Assembly (NCBI GenBank): GCA_963801815.1
Contig: CAWDGJ010000002.1
Span: 288,001-352,000 of the forward strand
DNA from: an uncultured Verrucomicrobiae bacterium
GTDB taxonomy: Bacteria; Verrucomicrobiota; Verrucomicrobiia; Chthoniobacterales; UBA10450
Direction: 5' to 3'
Length of the DNA: 64,000 nt
The first letter of the stretch is position 1. Each line of letters opens with the position of its first letter. The position numbers and the translations under genes were made by a program. Of the stretch, positions 60,857-64,000 are shown piece after piece. Under the pieces are notes generated by a model. That model had not been told where the DNA came from. It searched no databases and saw only the letters and a program-made list of their open reading frames with translations.

Positions 60857-61747
60857 CTATCTCTTCGGAGACTCTCGCGAAACTATGCGCCACCTGTGAT
60901 TTGCAAGATTCCAGCTGATAAGTGCGCTACCTTCGTCTTCTAAACCCCATCCGACCGAAACCAGAAGATCGTCCCCTTTCCACTCCTTGATCTCAGCTGA
61001 GATTGGATTTGGTTCGTCGATTTTTCCTTTTGGGTGAAGCAATTTGATCAATTCGGAGCGCGTCAGTTTCTGAACACCATGTTTGTGCTCCCAAATCCAA
61101 ACGCTCGTGGCGCGCTTACTGATCGAAACACTTAGCGCTACTGCCTCCTTCGTCGGATGCCAGAGAGCCTCATCTTGTCCGATCGGGCTATTGCCACTAA
61201 ACCACCAAGGCGGCATTTCTGAGTCGCGATTATAAGCCGGCGACCATCCGATTAATTCTTCAGTGGATGTTGTAGTGTCGATCAAACACGGGAAGCTGCG
61301 TCGTTCGTAGATCACCCATCGCCCGTTCGGACTCCGGGAGAACATTTTTGAATCATAACGTCGCGTGAGAAGTCCGATCCCGCGCTCGGCCATATTCTTT
61401 TCGTCCTCAAAATCAACTTCCGATCGCAAATTACGCTGGAGCGCATTGACGTAACCTTCAGTTTTCTCTTTCGGAATCTGCCACCAGCGACTGCCAATCG
61501 CACGCGCCGCGAGTCGCCGGATCGAATTTCCTTCATCCGAAAGCAGGGGGAGCATTGCTTCCGGAATTCTGGAATCGGGCGACGTCAGAAGCTCCCGCAA
61601 CGCTCCGATGCGCACGTCGGGGTCTTTATCTTTTAGCTGCGGCAAATAGATGTCAGCAGGGTTGGTCGAAGAGCCGGACAGAAAAAACACGACCAACAGT
61701 AACCCGATTGCGGCGATCGGTTTTGAAACATGTGATTTGTCGCTCAC
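60857..61747 (-). CDS. Exported HEAT-repeat-containing hypothetical protein
   Basis: Hydrophobic N-terminus; LKDKDPDVRIGA and LLSDEGNSIRRLAARAIG HEAT-like units. Confidence 0.65.
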   Translation of the reverse strand: MSDKSHVSKPIAAIGLLLVVFFLSGSSTNPADIYLPQLKDKDPDVRIGALRELLTSPDSRIPEAMLPLLSDEGNSIRRLAARAIGSRWWQIPKEKTEGYVNALQRNLRSEVDFEDEKNMAERGIGLLTRRYDSKMFSRSPNGRWVIYERRSFPCLIDTTTSTEELIGWSPAYNRDSEMPPWWFSGNSPIGQDEALWHPTKEAVALSVSISKRATSVWIWEHKHGVQKLTRSELIKLLHPKGKIDEPNPISAEIKEWKGDDLLVSVGWGLEDEGSALISWNLANHRWRIVSRESPKR

Positions 61748-61862
61748 GGCTTGGAATCGCGAGCTTAAGAAACTTCGGAGTGCGAAGACAAGCGAATGAA
61801 AGATGTGACACCACGGCCTGCGGCATTATCAAGCGGTGGGCGGCTGATAAACATTCGCGCTT

Positions 61863-61926
61863 TGTAGCGGCGTTTGTTCTCAAACGCCGAATTAATAAAC
61901 AGGCGCTTGGCACAAGCGCCTCTACA
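61863..61926. repeat. Inverted pair of GTAG-tagged REPs
   Basis: TGTAGCGGCGTTTGTTCTCAAACGCC ... GGCGCTTGGCACAAGCGCCTCTACA. Confidence 0.75.
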
Positions 61927-62230
61927 ACTCTTTGCCTTCGTTGGCGTACGGCACAGAACGCCACGGCATGTCTACCGTTGATCGCTCGAAAGAAACCTTC
62001 GGTTCCGCGTCGAGAATATTGCTAAGCGCCGGATCTAACGCTGCCACTTCTTGCAGCGCCCAAACTTGTCCGCGGCGGTCAGTATGGTTTTCCACGCCGC
62101 ACAGGAATTGCCACCCGCTGTCTTCCGGTTCGAGTGGAAGGTCGCGCGTAGCGCGCAAGATCGGACGTTCTGGATAGGATATATGTTTGCAGATTATCGC
62201 GGCGCTACGCTTCAAATCTTCGTAGCTCAT
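61922..62230 (-). CDS. Imm33/DUF2185-like small protein
   Basis: ICKHI..RPIL..RD..EDSGWQFLCG..V..LDP.L pattern. Confidence 0.6.
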   Translation of the reverse strand: MSYEDLKRSAAIICKHISYPERPILRATRDLPLEPEDSGWQFLCGVENHTDRRGQVWALQEVAALDPALSNILDAEPKVSFERSTVDMPWRSVPYANEGKEL

Positions 62231-62237
62231 CCTGTGA

Positions 62238-62604
62238 TCACTTGCTGGTCGGTAAACCAGCGGCTTTCCAGGCCCTCAACCCTCCGGCCATGGAGCGGAC
62301 GTTCTTGTAGCCCATCTTTTGCAGACTTTCGGCCGCGAGCGCGGAACGACCACCGCCGCCGCAATGACAAATAATCGTCATGTTGCGATCGGGAAATTTG
62401 TCTTCGACTTCGAGCTCCAACAATCCGCGACTCATGTGGACCGTATCGGGAATGTGCGATTCGTCGAACTCGTCTTTCTCGCGAACATCGATAATCACCG
62501 CGTCGCTGCTCTTCGTTTTTGCCGCAGCATCGGTCGGAGAAATTTCTGTGATCTTCTTTTTCGCTTCCGCGACCAGATCCCTCGTAACCCTTCCGTTCAG
62601 CCAT
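62238..62604 (-). CDS. Single-domain rhodanese; indel near 62580
   Basis: IDVREKDEF..HIP, SRGLLE, CGGGGRSALAA, MAGGLRAW; N-terminal LVAEAKKKITEIS follows an out-of-frame ATG at 62604. Confidence 0.85.
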
Positions 62605-62658
62605 GCTCAGAATTTAACCACGGATTACACAGATGAAACAAAGGAAGCTCGGAGCGCG

Positions 62659-62789
62659 AAATTCGAAACTCCAAACAAGCACGAATGATCGAAATTCAAA
62701 CTTCGAGCGCTATGCGCAAGGTCGGTTTGAACATTTGTACTTCGAATTTGGAATTTGTTTCGGATTTCGAAATTCGAGTTTCGAATTTC
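62659..62789. repeat. Inverted heptamer repeat homologous to 29899-30026
   Basis: Shares TTGTTTCGGATTTCGAAATTCGAG with the 29.9-kb copy. Confidence 0.75.
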
Positions 62790-64000
62790 ACTCATACCGC
62801 AGCGCTTCGATCGGATCGAGAGCAGCGGCTTTGCGCGCGGGATAAAAACCAAAGAAGATCCCAACCGCGGCACTGAACATGAACGCGATGATGATCGAAC
62901 TCAACGAGATGAGCGTCGGCCAATGGGCGTAGCTGGAAAGAATTTGCGACGCGCCGATTCCAAAAATGATTCCAATGACTCCACCCACCGAACTCAAAGT
63001 CACGGCTTCGATGAGAAATTGGGTAAGAATGTCGCTGCCATGGGCGCCGACCGCCATGCGCGTACCGATCTCGCGGGTCCGCTCGGTGACGCTCACGAGC
63101 ATAATGTTCATGATCCCAATTCCGCCCACCACAAGCGACACGCCAGCGATTGAACCCAGCAGCACCGTCATGACGGCCGTTGTTGCGGTCGCGGCGTCGG
63201 CAATCTCCTGTTGGTTGCGCACCGTGAAATCGTCGTCGTGTCCCGGCCGAATGTTATGGCGTTGCCGCAACAGCGCGATGATCTGCTGTTGAGCGGCGTT
63301 GATTTCGCCGCCCTGGCCGACTTGAACGTCGATGTTGCGCAATGTCGTCCCGCCGATCACGCGTTTCATTGCGCTCGTGTAAGGCATGATCACAATGTCG
63401 TCCTGGTCGACGCCCTGGGTGCTCAAACCTTTGGGCGTCAACACGCCCAGGATTGTGAACGGCACGTTCTTGATCCGCAAAACTTGTCCGACCGGACTAT
63501 CGTTGCCGAAAATCTGCGACGCGGTTGTTTTGCCAATCACGCAAACCTTGTTCGAGCTGCGCACGTCTTGATCAGTGAACGGCGCACCATCGACCAGCGG
63601 CCATTGTCGAATTTCCAGGTAATCAGCCGACTCACCGTAGATTCGCGTGAACCAATTTTGATTTCCGGCCGCGACCTGCGTGGTTGAAACAACTTCTTCG
63701 CTCACCGCGACAACGCCCGGCACTTCGCGACGGATCGCTTCCGCATCTTCGATTTTCAAAGTGCCGGCGCCGCCCCAACCGGTCCGGATCCCGCTCGAGG
63801 TGGTGCTGCCGGAAAAAATCAGGATCACGTTCTGCCCAAGGCTCGCGATCTGAGCTTCGACCTGCGCTTTCGCGCCGTTTCCAATGCCGACCATCGCGAT
63901 GACGGCGGCGACACCGATGATAATTCCGAGCGCGGTCAGGACCGAGCGCATTTTGTTCCGGCGCAGCGCCCGAAGCGCAATGTTCAATGTCGATCCAACT
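62788..64000 (-). CDS. MacB-family ABC permease, 5' end probably just outside window
   Basis: RSVLTALGIIIGVAAVIAM, GGIGIMNIMLVSVTERTREIG, FLIEA, DPIEALRYE. Confidence 0.9.
   Translation of the reverse strand, partial: VGSTLNIALRALRRNKMRSVLTALGIIIGVAAVIAMVGIGNGAKAQVEAQIASLGQNVILIFSGSTTSSGIRTGWGGAGTLKIEDAEAIRREVPGVVAVSEEVVSTTQVAAGNQNWFTRIYGESADYLEIRQWPLVDGAPFTDQDVRSSNKVCVIGKTTASQIFGNDSPVGQVLRIKNVPFTILGVLTPKGLSTQGVDQDDIVIMPYTSAMKRVIGGTTLRNIDVQVGQGGEINAAQQQIIALLRQRHNIRPGHDDDFTVRNQQEIADAATATTAVMTVLLGSIAGVSLVVGGIGIMNIMLVSVTERTREIGTRMAVGAHGSDILTQFLIEAVTLSSVGGVIGIIFGIGASQILSSYAHWPTLISLSSIIIAFMFSAAVGIFFGFYPARKAAALDPIEALRYE

Overview
A 64-kb, moderately GC-rich bacterial chromosomal segment of mostly housekeeping genes. 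Gene content (Minf_1886-type gene, the outer-membrane barrel style, the repeat families) suggests a soil Verrucomicrobiota genome, probably Chthoniobacterales/Spartobacteria; this is inference, not a database result. Recognisable genes: recA, ribD, dnaG-rpoD, NfeD protease, thiH-thiS, mreBCD-mrdA-rng (no rodA), rpe, a secretin plus GspE-type ATPase, mpl, a CHASE2 adenylate cyclase, rplT-pheS-pheT, carA, a long Lhr helicase, isoaspartyl peptidase, mlaEFD, topoisomerase IB, an M16 peptidase, an L,D-transpeptidase, mfd-surA-pdxA and ABC permeases. A 6S RNA candidate follows pheT and a structured leader precedes rplT. Many genes between about 15.6 and 32 kb, including essential ones, are broken by 1-nt indels that are best explained as sequencing/assembly errors. 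I found no CRISPR array, prophage, transposase, tRNA or rRNA. The most unusual signal is a dense set of palindromic repeat families that also enters coding sequence. Two perfect 27-bp palindromes with identical ends (AACTTGA-N13-TCAAGTT) but different self-complementary cores lie in-frame inside lhr and pdxA. A GTAG-type REP forms part of a ~27-aa in-frame insert in the RNAP-interacting domain of Mfd. The lhr gene is bracketed by two homologous 109-bp REPIN-like elements.
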